Source: Alphaproteobacteria bacterium (lineage in GTDB: Bacteria; Pseudomonadota; Alphaproteobacteria; Bin95). Taken from it: 64,000 nt of DNA. Where the stretch lies: assembly GCA_963665325.3 (NCBI GenBank), contig CAXXWS020000001.1:132252-196251 (forward strand), given 5' to 3'. The position numbers and the translations under genes were made by a program. Below the pieces are notes generated by a model. The model made no database searches. It was not told the origin of the DNA and saw only the letters and a list, made by a program, of their open reading frames with translations. Each line of letters begins with the position of its first letter. Position 1 is the stretch's first letter. Below, in pieces: positions 40,688 to 49,965 of this stretch.

Positions 40688-42055
40688 TCAGAAGCTGAGC
40701 GTGATGCCGGTCACGAAGGCCGTGCCTTCGGCCGCATCCTGCTCGCCGAAGATGATCGAGCTTCTCGACGCGATGCCCGGCGCCAGCGTGTAGCTGCCGG
40801 AGAGCATGGTCGCGCTGACACTGGAGCCGTCATCGGCATCGGCCATCATGTGGGCCAGGCTGACCGCCATCGGGCCGTCCGAATACATCACGCCGGCGCT
40901 CGCCACCTCGTAGTCCCTGGAGGTGTCCTTCACGAGAACCGTCCGCGCGGTATCGTTCGACGGGTCGTTCTTGTCGCCGGACTCCGCGACAGCGGCTGTC
41001 GTTGCGTCGCCGTCATCGTCCCATGTGTGGCCGGCGACGACATTCACGTCCGGGCTCTTGGCGACCATGTAGGTGCCGCCGTCATGCACGGCGTAGGCGG
41101 CGCTGAAGCCGAACGCGCCCATGCCGACATTAATGCCGAAATTGGTGAACGTCTGGCTGTCGGCCTTCGAGGCCATGGTGTCGAACGCGCCCTTGTTCGA
41201 CGCCTCTGCCGCTGCGGCGCCGTTCGCCAGCGTGTCGAGGCTGGAGCTGGTGCCTTCGGCCTGCGCCGTCGCATAGTCCTCGATGGCCTTAACGTTGGCC
41301 ATGTACGTGCCGACCGAGATCGCAGCGTCGTTCATGCCCGACTTGAGCATCTCCGTCGCGCCGACCTGGCTCTTCTGGTAATGGCCGACGGAGAGCGAGA
41401 CGTTGGTATCGCCCACCGCGCCCGTGTAGTTCAGGCCCAGCGACACCGCGTCTTCGTCATTGTTCACCGGCGAGCCGGCGCCGCTGTCCTCGACGGACTC
41501 CGGGCTGTAGGACACGCCGAACTGCACGCCGCTCAGGCGGGGGGTGTAGTAGGCGATCTTCTGGCTGTCGCCGCCGATCAGATGGCCGGCCGTGCCGAGG
41601 CCCTTGCCGCTGCTTCTGGCGCAGCTGGTCAGGCCGTTGATGAACGAGGCGTCGCCGCAGTTCAGGCCGACGCCGACATCGCCGGTGCCGTAGTGCATGA
41701 GCGTCGTCGGGTCGTCCTCGGAGCCGAGCACGATCTGGCCGAACGAGCCGCCGACCGTGACCTGCGATTCATCGACCACGTCCGCATGGGTGTTGCCCTC
41801 GAACTCGACCTTCACGGAGAAGGTCAGCCCGCTGTCGGCCTCCAGCTTGCCCCTGAAGAAGATTTCGCTGTCCGAATACTGGCTGACGCCGCCATCGCCG
41901 GCGGCGCTGTCGAGACTGGATACACCAATCCATTGCTGCATGTAGCCGCCGACGCCGACCGTCAGCTTCTTCGGCATGTCATCCGCCGAGGCCGGCCCGG
42001 CAGCCAGCGCACCGGCCAGGGCCAGCGCGGAGGTCGCAAGCAGGGTTTTTCTCAT
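40688..42055 (-). CDS. Porin with long loop insertions (cassette 2)
   Basis: Same signal peptide and barrel ends as porin 1; 455 aa versus 340 aa. Confidence 0.85.
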   Translation of the reverse strand: MRKTLLATSALALAGALAAGPASADDMPKKLTVGVGGYMQQWIGVSSLDSAAGDGGVSQYSDSEIFFRGKLEADSGLTFSVKVEFEGNTHADVVDESQVTVGGSFGQIVLGSEDDPTTLMHYGTGDVGVGLNCGDASFINGLTSCARSSGKGLGTAGHLIGGDSQKIAYYTPRLSGVQFGVSYSPESVEDSGAGSPVNNDEDAVSLGLNYTGAVGDTNVSLSVGHYQKSQVGATEMLKSGMNDAAISVGTYMANVKAIEDYATAQAEGTSSSLDTLANGAAAAEASNKGAFDTMASKADSQTFTNFGINVGMGAFGFSAAYAVHDGGTYMVAKSPDVNVVAGHTWDDDGDATTAAVAESGDKNDPSNDTARTVLVKDTSRDYEVASAGVMYSDGPMAVSLAHMMADADDGSSVSATMLSGSYTLAPGIASRSSIIFGEQDAAEGTAFVTGITLSF

Positions 42056-42373
42056 AATCCCCATTCTCCTACTGTTTGAGCGCGCTAACATCGGCACGCA
42101 CACACTCTCAAGCGGAGCGCATGGCAGTTATAGCCGATTCGGTCCGAGACAGGCAACGGCATACAGGCCGGCAAGCCGGCAAACCTACCGTAAATCCCCC
42201 GCCATGGCAGACTTGCCACAGATTCCGGGGGGAGAGCGGGAAAGAGGACAAATTCTTGAGAATTTTTGTGGTTTGCGCTGGAAAAATTCTTGTGGTGTGT
42301 TCGGCGCAGAGGTTGTCGCCGCCGTGCCGAGGCTGGAGGCAGCCGGGCAGGCCGACCTGAAAGGACCCCCTCC

Positions 42374-42853
42374 ATGCCTTATATGAACATGAAATTCCTC
42401 CGCTCGTTCCTGGCGTTTGTGGACTATCGGAACGCTACCCAGGCCGCCGCTAGCCTGAACATCGCTCGCCACAACATCGGGTCCCATGTCGGCTTTGTCG
42501 AAAAGCTGGTGGGCAAGCAGCTGCTCGAAGCGCGCGCATCTCGCCCGGTTCCGGCCGGCGAGGCCGTGCGAACGCAGCTGACTGAAGCCGGGGTTGCATT
42601 CTATTCGAAGGCGCTCACGGCGATGCAGGCGCACGATGCTATGTTCGGTGCCGCCGAGCGGATTCCGGCGGACTCGCACATCATCCGCCTGACCGCAGTG
42701 GCCGGGCTGCTCGAACTGGCGCTCGATACGGCGCGGAACAACCTTTCGGACACGGACCAGAAGCTGCTCAACGCGCTCCTGTTCGAATCCGAACTGGAAA
42801 CCACCGGCGTTCCGACGGGCCGGTTGCACAGGAGCGACGGAACGCCCGGCTGA
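42374..42853 (+). CDS. Short LysR-type HTH regulator, divergent from porin 2
   Basis: NMKFLRSFL...AAASLNI...VEKLVG..LL...LTEAG; only 159 aa. Confidence 0.75.
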   Translation: MPYMNMKFLRSFLAFVDYRNATQAAASLNIARHNIGSHVGFVEKLVGKQLLEARASRPVPAGEAVRTQLTEAGVAFYSKALTAMQAHDAMFGAAERIPADSHIIRLTAVAGLLELALDTARNNLSDTDQKLLNALLFESELETTGVPTGRLHRSDGTPG

Positions 42854-43593
42854 AGCATTGCGGTGGGGCATGACCGTCAGCAGTCGGGTCCGGACCGTAC
42901 TCGCGCGCAGCCCTTCCCGGTTTTCCGTCCCAACATAATGACCGTTTCGGCCTTTCCGGGTCGTCGCGACAGCGGCGACCGCGATAACCGCCGTCCCGGC
43001 AATGCGCCAGACGAGGCGGGTTCCCGGGACGGCGAGGTCAGCCTTCGTCGCCATCGCGGCGCGGGCGGCCCCGGCTTCTTCAAGGTCTGCAACCCGCAGA
43101 CCGGGCCCGGCGGCCGGGCCGCTGTCGGGACCTCCCCGCCCGCGTTCCTCGGCATGCGGCGACACTTGCCGATTGTTGCCTTCGTCGTCCGGGCGCAGGG
43201 GAAATCCGCGAGCACCCGTTCAAGCGCCTGTTCGTCGGTCAGGCCCTCGCGGACGGCGGTGCCACCCGGCGCGTATCCTCTCCGCAACCAAGATGCGAGG
43301 CCGGAAACCCGGCAAACGCCCGAGAAAACGCCGCCTCGTCCGCGATGTCCCCGACACGCGACCGGCCGCATGCTGTTGAAGCCGGACCTGGCGCCCGAAA
43401 GATCAAACCGCCGTCCGCGGGCACCGGATACGACCTGTCGTCGCCGACGAACCCGCATTGTCCTCGCCCAGACCGGGAACGGGGGTTCGGAAAGAGCACA
43501 TGCGTCGAGTCCGGGGGCGGTGGCACTGCCCCGATATCGTTGAACGCGGCAACGGCAACCCTCCGGCAGCGCCCCGGGCTCTCCCGGGGTTTC

Positions 43594-43680
43594 GAACTGT
43601 CCCCGTATGCGGGGAAACGCCTCGCGATTAGCAATGCCAACTCACTGATCCATGGGTCTATCCCCGATCAGCGGGGAATG
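43594..43680 (-). CRISPR. Degenerate type I-E mini-array: two repeats, one spacer of about 33-34 nt
   Basis: Minus strand CATTCCCCGCTGATCGGGGATAGACCC-spacer-CGTTTCCCCGCATACGGGGACAGTTC; about 61-bp period; 150 bp downstream of cas6e. Confidence 0.75.
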
Positions 43681-43829
43681 TCATTCATGCCGGAAGCCCG
43701 GCGGCCCTTCCGCAGTCGAATTCGATGTCCCGGTCTCACCGCCCGGACACCGGTTCGCCTTCACTCCATTCCGCTCCCTTCAACATCGGGCAGCCTGACG
43801 ACGAATACGACGATCGCAAAACGTCTTCG

Positions 43830-44624
43830 TCAAGACTGCGACAATATCCGACCCGGAGGCCGCAGCAGCAGCATACCGTACCCGTAGGCGCAATGCCGAC
43901 CGATACCCCGTTCCAGCAACTCGCCGAACCCGGACCCATCCGAAATCGTGATCGCTCCCTGAATCGTGGTGTCCGGTCCTTCCACGCCCCCATTCCGAGC
44001 GGCCCGATCACGCCGGAAACCCGCCAAACGGCTGGATGCACGGTCCAATGTCACCCACGGCGTCAGCCGTTCCGACAGCCAATCGAGATAAACCGCTTCG
44101 CGCGTTCGTCCTGCCTTTTTCATGCCGTCCGGGTCCGCTCCGAATTCCGTCAATACCTCCAGCATGAACGCGTCCAGTTCAGCGCCTGCCTTGTATGTCC
44201 TGCCGTTCGCGGTCTCGAGGTCCCCGGTCAGCCTGCGGACCGGTCTTGCACGCAGGTCGAATCCCAGTTTCTGGCCGACCCGCCATTCCCCGGGCATCGT
44301 CTTGCTCTGCATTGCTTCGGTCCGCAGCACGGCAAGATGATCTGGCAAGGCGTAGCAGCGCGCCCGTCCGGCAAGCTCCTCGGCATTGCATCTCGAGTAG
44401 GCGTACAGATAACCCGTTGCCCGCCGGGGTGGAACGAGCAGGCGGAACGGGCGCAATAATCCCGGGCCCAGGGCTTCATCCAACAGGTGGTGCAGCGCCC
44501 GGCCTTCATCGAAATCGAAGAGCCTTCCACGGTGCCTGACCCATCCGCGTTCGTCCGCCCATAACCCGAGGGCTTTCGTCTCCATGGGAACCCGGACGAG
44601 GTAGAGTGGACCCCGTTCCGTCAT
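43830..44624 (-). CDS. cas6e: Type I-E Cas6e/Cse3
   Basis: DEGRALHHLL, F.LR..PVRR, GIGRH.AYGYGMLLL glycine loop. Confidence 0.92.
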   Translation of the reverse strand: MTERGPLYLVRVPMETKALGLWADERGWVRHRGRLFDFDEGRALHHLLDEALGPGLLRPFRLLVPPRRATGYLYAYSRCNAEELAGRARCYALPDHLAVLRTEAMQSKTMPGEWRVGQKLGFDLRARPVRRLTGDLETANGRTYKAGAELDAFMLEVLTEFGADPDGMKKAGRTREAVYLDWLSERLTPWVTLDRASSRLAGFRRDRAARNGGVEGPDTTIQGAITISDGSGFGELLERGIGRHCAYGYGMLLLRPPGRILSQS

Positions 44625-45343
44625 GGGGCCTCCCTTGCCGGGAGGGTGCCTTCGACCACTCTGCGCGAGCCGCCGTGCAGTCCACGGAGCCAATTTCGCC
44701 GGTCCTGCAGGTCCCGTACCCTGCCGGCGCTGTCGAGTTTATCCTCCGGTCCTTCCCCGGCCGGCCAGAGTGCACGGCATCCCCGCCCGATGCTGGGCAG
44801 TGCGCAAAGCGCCCCGTAGACGTTCCCGGCCACCACCCAGCGCGCCGCGCCGGGATCCAGCAGGGGCGTCGAAGGCAGGCACGGCTTTCGCCCGAGGAAC
44901 AATGGCCGAGCCGGGTGATCAAGCGCCCGGGCAATCTCCTCGATTTGCGGAGGGTCTTCGGCCGGATCCAGACGCAGTACTAGCGTCACTGCCGCGTCTG
45001 CTTCGTAATCGCGCCGCCTGCGGTGCGGGGCCGCGTAGCTTGACCCGGTCCGACCTTCGGGCGAGCCACATGTGGTCCATCCCCAATCCGTCCGGTCGAG
45101 CAGCACATTCTGCACATCGGTCAGCCTGGTTCCCTCGCGGTCGCGGCGGGCACCGAACACAAGTCGGTCTTGGAGGGACTGGAGCGAGTTACGGTCCCGG
45201 TAGTCCCAGCCCAGGGCATTGCCGATCAGTCCCGCCAGCATTGAAGATCCGGGAAAGTCCCGTACCGGTCCCCAATGGTCGACCGCGACATCTCCGAAGG
45301 CCATCAGCGGGGCCTGCAGCCTCAGGACCAGCCAACGTCTCAC
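44621..45343 (-). CDS. cas5e: Type I-E Cas5e
   Basis: LRLQAPLMAFG, P..SMLAGLIGNALG, PARPLFLGRKPCLPS. Confidence 0.93.
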   Translation of the reverse strand: MRRWLVLRLQAPLMAFGDVAVDHWGPVRDFPGSSMLAGLIGNALGWDYRDRNSLQSLQDRLVFGARRDREGTRLTDVQNVLLDRTDWGWTTCGSPEGRTGSSYAAPHRRRRDYEADAAVTLVLRLDPAEDPPQIEEIARALDHPARPLFLGRKPCLPSTPLLDPGAARWVVAGNVYGALCALPSIGRGCRALWPAGEGPEDKLDSAGRVRDLQDRRNWLRGLHGGSRRVVEGTLPAREAP

Positions 45344-46491
45344 GGCATGTCCCTTGCGACAACACCCGCAGCCCACTCGGCGATATCCGCCAGCGATCCG
45401 CGTTCGGAGCCCGGGATCGCCTCGTCTGCAAGCGACATGAACCGCCGTTCCTCTCCGGTCGCATAGACATCGTCCAGAGCCCGCAGGTGCGAAGCCAGTG
45501 CGGCGACGGCCCGTTCGACATTCGCCGGGCATGGGGTGCGCCAGGCTCCCGCCAGGCTGCGCGGTTGCCGGCGTCCGGCCTCGAGCAGCATGAAGGCGGC
45601 CCGCCCGTAGGGTGCGGTCGAACCCTGCTTGGCTCCGGGAGAAATTTCGGCGACCAGATAGACGAGATTGTGCAGCACCCGGCCCGCTAAATCGGCATCG
45701 TCTCCGAGATTCGAAACAAGTCCGTTCAGGTCAACGACGACATAGCCGTAGAATAGGCCGGAAGTCAGTTCGGTTTCGTGCATGAGATCGGTCGACGGCT
45801 CGTCTGCCGCCAAATCGTCGACTGCCGTCAGGAAGTCGTACTCCGCTTCTTCCGCATGTACCGTGAAAGCGTGGGCGACATGCACCGGGGCAGTGATATT
45901 GGCGGCCGGATCCGAAGTGACCATTCGCCCGAACAGCGCCGCCGCCAGTCCACCGGGCAGCGCCGTCGCTTCCCGCATGGCCCGGAAATTCGCATGGTAA
46001 TCGTCGCGCCAGGTCTTGGCCGCCTTTGCCGCCAGTTCCGCGGCTCGCTCAACGTCTCCGTCTCCGGCATCGAGCGCGGCATTCGCGAGGCGTTCGGTTT
46101 CGCTCCTGAGCCAGTCGATCTCCGGAGCGCCCAGCAGCAGGGTCTGGCGGGACTTCTTCTCGACTCCCCGCGGCCCGTAAACGGCCGCCTGCACTTCCGG
46201 TTCCAGGGCTTCGACGATTTCATCGGGAAATTGTTCGCGAAGCGGTTTCATGACCTTGGTTGTCACCAGCTCGCGGGACCTGAAATCCTCCGTCACGCCC
46301 GCGATGCCATACAGGGAATGCACGTCTTCGGCATGCCGCCAGTGCCGCTTGAGGCATTGCGACGACACCCTGGTGCGCAGCACGCCGCCAAAGGGAAGCC
46401 GTTTCGCCAGTCCGCTGTCGTCCCGGTTCAGCAAGGCGGCGGTATAGGCGCTCAGAGTATGGATCTGGAGAAAACGCGGTTGCGCTGTCAT
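45340..46491 (-). CDS. cas7: Type I-E Cas7/Cse4
   Basis: LNRDDSG.AK, RVSSQCLKRHWR, ALFGRM, VAHAFTVH. Confidence 0.95.
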   Translation of the reverse strand: MTAQPRFLQIHTLSAYTAALLNRDDSGLAKRLPFGGVLRTRVSSQCLKRHWRHAEDVHSLYGIAGVTEDFRSRELVTTKVMKPLREQFPDEIVEALEPEVQAAVYGPRGVEKKSRQTLLLGAPEIDWLRSETERLANAALDAGDGDVERAAELAAKAAKTWRDDYHANFRAMREATALPGGLAAALFGRMVTSDPAANITAPVHVAHAFTVHAEEAEYDFLTAVDDLAADEPSTDLMHETELTSGLFYGYVVVDLNGLVSNLGDDADLAGRVLHNLVYLVAEISPGAKQGSTAPYGRAAFMLLEAGRRQPRSLAGAWRTPCPANVERAVAALASHLRALDDVYATGEERRFMSLADEAIPGSERGSLADIAEWAAGVVARDMP

Positions 46492-47070
46492 TCAGGCCGA
46501 GCCCTCTTCGTTCGCTGTTTCCGTCTTCCATTCGGCCCGGTCCAGGCGCCGGTAGTAGGCCCGGGCCAGAAACGGACCGTACCTCTCGGGCAGCAGCAGG
46601 GCATAGGCAATGTCCGGGACGTTCACGCCGCTTCCGGGAACGATCGTTCTCGACAGAGAGCGGGCTGCGCGCTGGAAAAGAGCCGCGCGCTGCGCCCCGT
46701 GCGTTCTCATGAGCAGCGCCAGCCTTCGTTCGCTCAGCGCCGGGTAGGGACGCTCGGCATTCCCTGGCCATCCCGGGTCGCCTCCGTCGCACAACACCGC
46801 ACCGAGACGCCGCGCCCCATTGTGCAGTTGAATCCCTTCGCGCGGCGTCAGAATGGCAAGTGTGCGGACGATCGCCATCCACTCTCTTTCGCGGTCGGAC
46901 CGCCCGATCGTTCGGGGGTGTCTCGATGCGAGCCTCCAGAAAACGGGAGCGCCGACACCGCCGCTCATTCGCCCGAGTTCGGCCAGCGGACCGGGTCCGA
47001 GTTGCCGGAGCGTCGCCGCCGCCGAAAGGGCGGCCTTGCCGATGTCGTTATTTCCGACGTCGTTACACAC
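46492..47070 (-). CDS. cse2: Type I-E Cas11/Cse2
   Basis: GPLAEL.RM, FWRL, LG..L, LSERRL..L, ARAYYR; lies between cas8e and cas7. Confidence 0.85.
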   Translation of the reverse strand: MCNDVGNNDIGKAALSAAATLRQLGPGPLAELGRMSGGVGAPVFWRLASRHPRTIGRSDREREWMAIVRTLAILTPREGIQLHNGARRLGAVLCDGGDPGWPGNAERPYPALSERRLALLMRTHGAQRAALFQRAARSLSRTIVPGSGVNVPDIAYALLLPERYGPFLARAYYRRLDRAEWKTETANEEGSA

Positions 47071-48580
47071 GAGCCGATTTCATCGCATGTTCGAACAGTT
47101 CGGGAAATTCCCGTCGAACCATGTTGGCAAGCGCCCGATCCGCACGCGCATGCGCCGCGGCCCGCTTCAGCGCCGGGCATCTCATACCGGGCAGCGCCAT
47201 TGCGAACTCCCGCTGCGTGACTCTCCAGAGAGTTTCTAGAAACTCGAACCTTGCGTCAGCATCTCCGAAACGGCGCAGGAGGTAGGGGAAGAACATCCGG
47301 TCCGCTGCGTAGTGCAGCCTGCCTTCCGCTTCCCGGGCCCGGGCAAAGTGTTTCGCGCCGACCGCTTCCGGATTTCCCCCGGCGGCCGCCAGGGCGAGCG
47401 AGTATCCCAGCGCCCGCTGGAATTTATCGATTTCCTCCATTTGGGCTCGCGCCTCTCCCGCCGCATCGGACGATGGCGGGAGCGTCTTCCCCGCCGGCAT
47501 CGCCACGATACGCGACTTGAACCCCTCCGTCTTGCCGGGGCCCCGCGACAGGGCTTCAGCGATGAGCACCATGTCACGGCCCTGCTCCACTTCCCCCCGC
47601 TGCGCCAGGACCGGAAGGGTCCAGTCGCCCGAAAAGAGAAGCTCACACAGCTTCGAATAGTCGAGCCGCGCTTCCCCCACCGTCAGGCTCTTCCGTTCCT
47701 TCCTGTGAACCGGCGCCCAGGGATCGCCTACGTCTCCCCTCCAACGCCTGGCGTCGATCCGCGCAGCACGGGATGTCGACCCGAACGCGAGGAACCTGCC
47801 GCCCTTCTCGACGAGGCGTACGCGGCGGCAGACTTCGATGAACCAGGGATCCAGGCTTGCAAGGTCGAGCTGCTGTCCTTCGGGCCAGTCCAGACACCAG
47901 AGCGCTGCTGGGCCGCCGACCGTTCCGCGCGAAGCGCCTTCCCCTGCCGCGCGCTGCTCCAGGAGGCGCCCGACGTCGCGCGCCCACCACGCTGACGGAT
48001 CCAGCGACAGGTCTACTCCTCCCCTCGCCGGCGCCAGTCCGACAAGGGGACGGCTCGCATACCCCCCGTTCATGCGGGCGATCCCGTTCTTGCCGTTGCC
48101 GCTATATCCGCTCATCGTTTGCAGGCACACCAGCGCCAGAATCCAGTCTTCCGCCGTGGCCCGCCGGTTGACCGCCCGTTTCACGTCATGGTTGCGCGCC
48201 GTAATGAGGACGTCCAACGCGTCCGGCGTCTCGATCGCTCTCCACCTCAGTCCGCCGGGGTCCGGAGGCTGCAGGAAGGCTGGAAGGTCGGGCTCCCGGG
48301 CGACGAGTCGCCAAGGCGCGTCGCCGGGATAACTTGGGACAAGTCCGCGCAACATTCCGGCCCATACACCCGGCTGCTGCGGCAGTTGCCTCCGCCCCGC
48401 CTGCCAGAGAGCAAAAGCGGCGAGCTGGACCAAGAACATGTGCCAGGGCGCCCGCTGATGCGCGCGCAGCGACGGAAATTCAGTCACCTCCCCACGTGTC
48501 ATTGCCGCAAACAGTTCCGGTAGGGAAACCCTTCGATCGGGCCGAACGGCAATTGCCCCGTCGGTTATGAGATTGACCAT
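47063..48580 (-). CDS. cse1: Type I-E Cas8e/Cse1
   Basis: LRAHQR.PWHMFLVQL, PAFLQPP, NHDVK, ARMNGG, FIEVCRRVRL, GDPW. Confidence 0.9.
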   Translation of the reverse strand: MVNLITDGAIAVRPDRRVSLPELFAAMTRGEVTEFPSLRAHQRAPWHMFLVQLAAFALWQAGRRQLPQQPGVWAGMLRGLVPSYPGDAPWRLVAREPDLPAFLQPPDPGGLRWRAIETPDALDVLITARNHDVKRAVNRRATAEDWILALVCLQTMSGYSGNGKNGIARMNGGYASRPLVGLAPARGGVDLSLDPSAWWARDVGRLLEQRAAGEGASRGTVGGPAALWCLDWPEGQQLDLASLDPWFIEVCRRVRLVEKGGRFLAFGSTSRAARIDARRWRGDVGDPWAPVHRKERKSLTVGEARLDYSKLCELLFSGDWTLPVLAQRGEVEQGRDMVLIAEALSRGPGKTEGFKSRIVAMPAGKTLPPSSDAAGEARAQMEEIDKFQRALGYSLALAAAGGNPEAVGAKHFARAREAEGRLHYAADRMFFPYLLRRFGDADARFEFLETLWRVTQREFAMALPGMRCPALKRAAAHARADRALANMVRREFPELFEHAMKSARV

Positions 48581-48693
48581 TTGTCGCTTCCCGCACAATG
48601 TTCGTTACGTTCGCCGCCGCCGTCGAGGGCGCATTTCGGTAACCGTGAAAATACCCTCTGCGAGTTGAGGGCCGTGCGTGCGCCGCCTCCCAA

Positions 48694-48780
48694 GACAAGG
48701 GAGTGGATGCCCGTCATGTCTCCAGGCTGTCTCTTTTGAGACCGCATCCAGAAGTCTGAAGGCTTCGAGCCCAGGATCAT
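48694..48780 (-). pseudogene. Possible cas3 N-terminal stub
   Basis: MILGSKPSDFW...G....HSLV resembles the start of a Cas3 HD domain (P..FW.K...HPL..H) at the position cas3 normally occupies. Confidence 0.35.
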
Positions 48781-49018
48781 CGGGGTCGGCTTCTCGCTAG
48801 CTTGTGGCTGGCGCAAACCTGAAATACCGCAGAGCCTGCCCCCGGGGCTCGAAGCCGGCAACCCAAGAAGCTCCCGCGGTCCGTCGTAATGAGAAACCGA
48901 ACGGATTCCGCCAGTGTGAGCCCTTGACCTATTCTTGCAAGCCCCAGTAGATGGAGCGCGTTCTGGAATGCTGCGTTCCTAGCGTTTCCGCGCGCAGGTT
49001 GGAAACGAATGTAAACGA

Positions 49019-49240
49019 ATGTACACCACAACACAGATCATCCAAGGGTTCCTGGCTGGCAGCCTCACGCGAGAAGAGGCGATGCACAAGCTGCATATGT
49101 CCTCATACTCCCAACTGCTGAACGCATTGGCCGACCGCGGAGTAGAACCGCCGAAGCCGCCTCCCGAACAGGTTCGAGCGGAGCTGGAAGCGGCGAGGCC
49201 GATCCTGCGCATGATGGAGACCAATCGTCATGGCTCTTGA
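49019..49240 (+). CDS. Small putative antitoxin (HTH-like)
   Basis: 73 aa, G.LT..EA...L....Y..LL..LA..G; overlaps the PIN gene; tandem AAACGAATGT repeat over its start. Confidence 0.6.
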   Translation: MYTTTQIIQGFLAGSLTREEAMHKLHMSSYSQLLNALADRGVEPPKPPPEQVRAELEAARPILRMMETNRHGS

Positions 49241-49814
49241 ACTCGCCATTCCCGACAGCGGTCCTCTGATATCTCTGGGCCGGGTGGCTCGGCTGGACCT
49301 GCTCGATCGGTTCAACTGCCCCATCGTGATTACCGACATGGTCGCCGATGAGGTGCTACGCGGTTTACCGGGCGCGCCGGACGCCGCAGTCTTTCGTGAC
49401 TGGTTCAGCGGCCGGGGCAACAGGATCCAGACGGTAGAGACAAGCATTGGGATTCTCTGGAGCGCAATACCTCCCGAGCGGCGAGATATCCTGAAGAGGA
49501 TCCGGGACGCCGGTGAGACGTCGATCTGGCAATTTTCCAACACGATCAGGGAAACCATGGGTCCCGGCGATTACGGCCTCCTTCTGTTCGAGGAGAGCCG
49601 GGTAAAGACGATGGATTTCGGGCCTCGCCTTGCGAAAATCACAACTTGGTCGTTTCTGATTGGACTGGAGGAAATGGGTGCCATTCCTTCAGCTGAAGAT
49701 TTCCATCGGGATATTGCGGACGCCAACCGGATAATTCCGAAGGACCCTTTCGAGTACCGAGCGGAACGTGCGGAACCAGGCACAAGTTGGACGGACATGT
49801 ACGACATGACATGA
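49230..49814 (+). CDS. PIN-like domain protein (putative toxin)
   Basis: PDSGPLISL...LDLL, V.DEV, DAGE. Confidence 0.7.
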   Translation: MALELAIPDSGPLISLGRVARLDLLDRFNCPIVITDMVADEVLRGLPGAPDAAVFRDWFSGRGNRIQTVETSIGILWSAIPPERRDILKRIRDAGETSIWQFSNTIRETMGPGDYGLLLFEESRVKTMDFGPRLAKITTWSFLIGLEEMGAIPSAEDFHRDIADANRIIPKDPFEYRAERAEPGTSWTDMYDMT

Positions 49815-49965
49815 AGAACACTGGGGGAGGAAGCTTGGCAAAGACCCCTGGCGCGGTTGTGCTGACCGACAACCGGGAGGACCTTGTCGACGGCTTCACG
49901 CCTTCAGTGCGGTACCGGAGGCGCTTAGAATTTCGAGGAAAACTGAGACGGCGGGGTATCCGGGG

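Noticed and set aside
42960-43260. Small gene with ATKADLA...RLVWRIAG coiled-coil/TM motif
   Set aside because: Looks like a decayed fragment with no clear start or frame
43400-43830. Longer CRISPR array
   Set aside because: No further repeats at 61-bp spacing on either side
43830-48580. CRISPR-associated transposon or HNH-Cascade
   Set aside because: No tnsABC/tniQ in the window; Cas5e and Cas8e are normal length with no HNH extension
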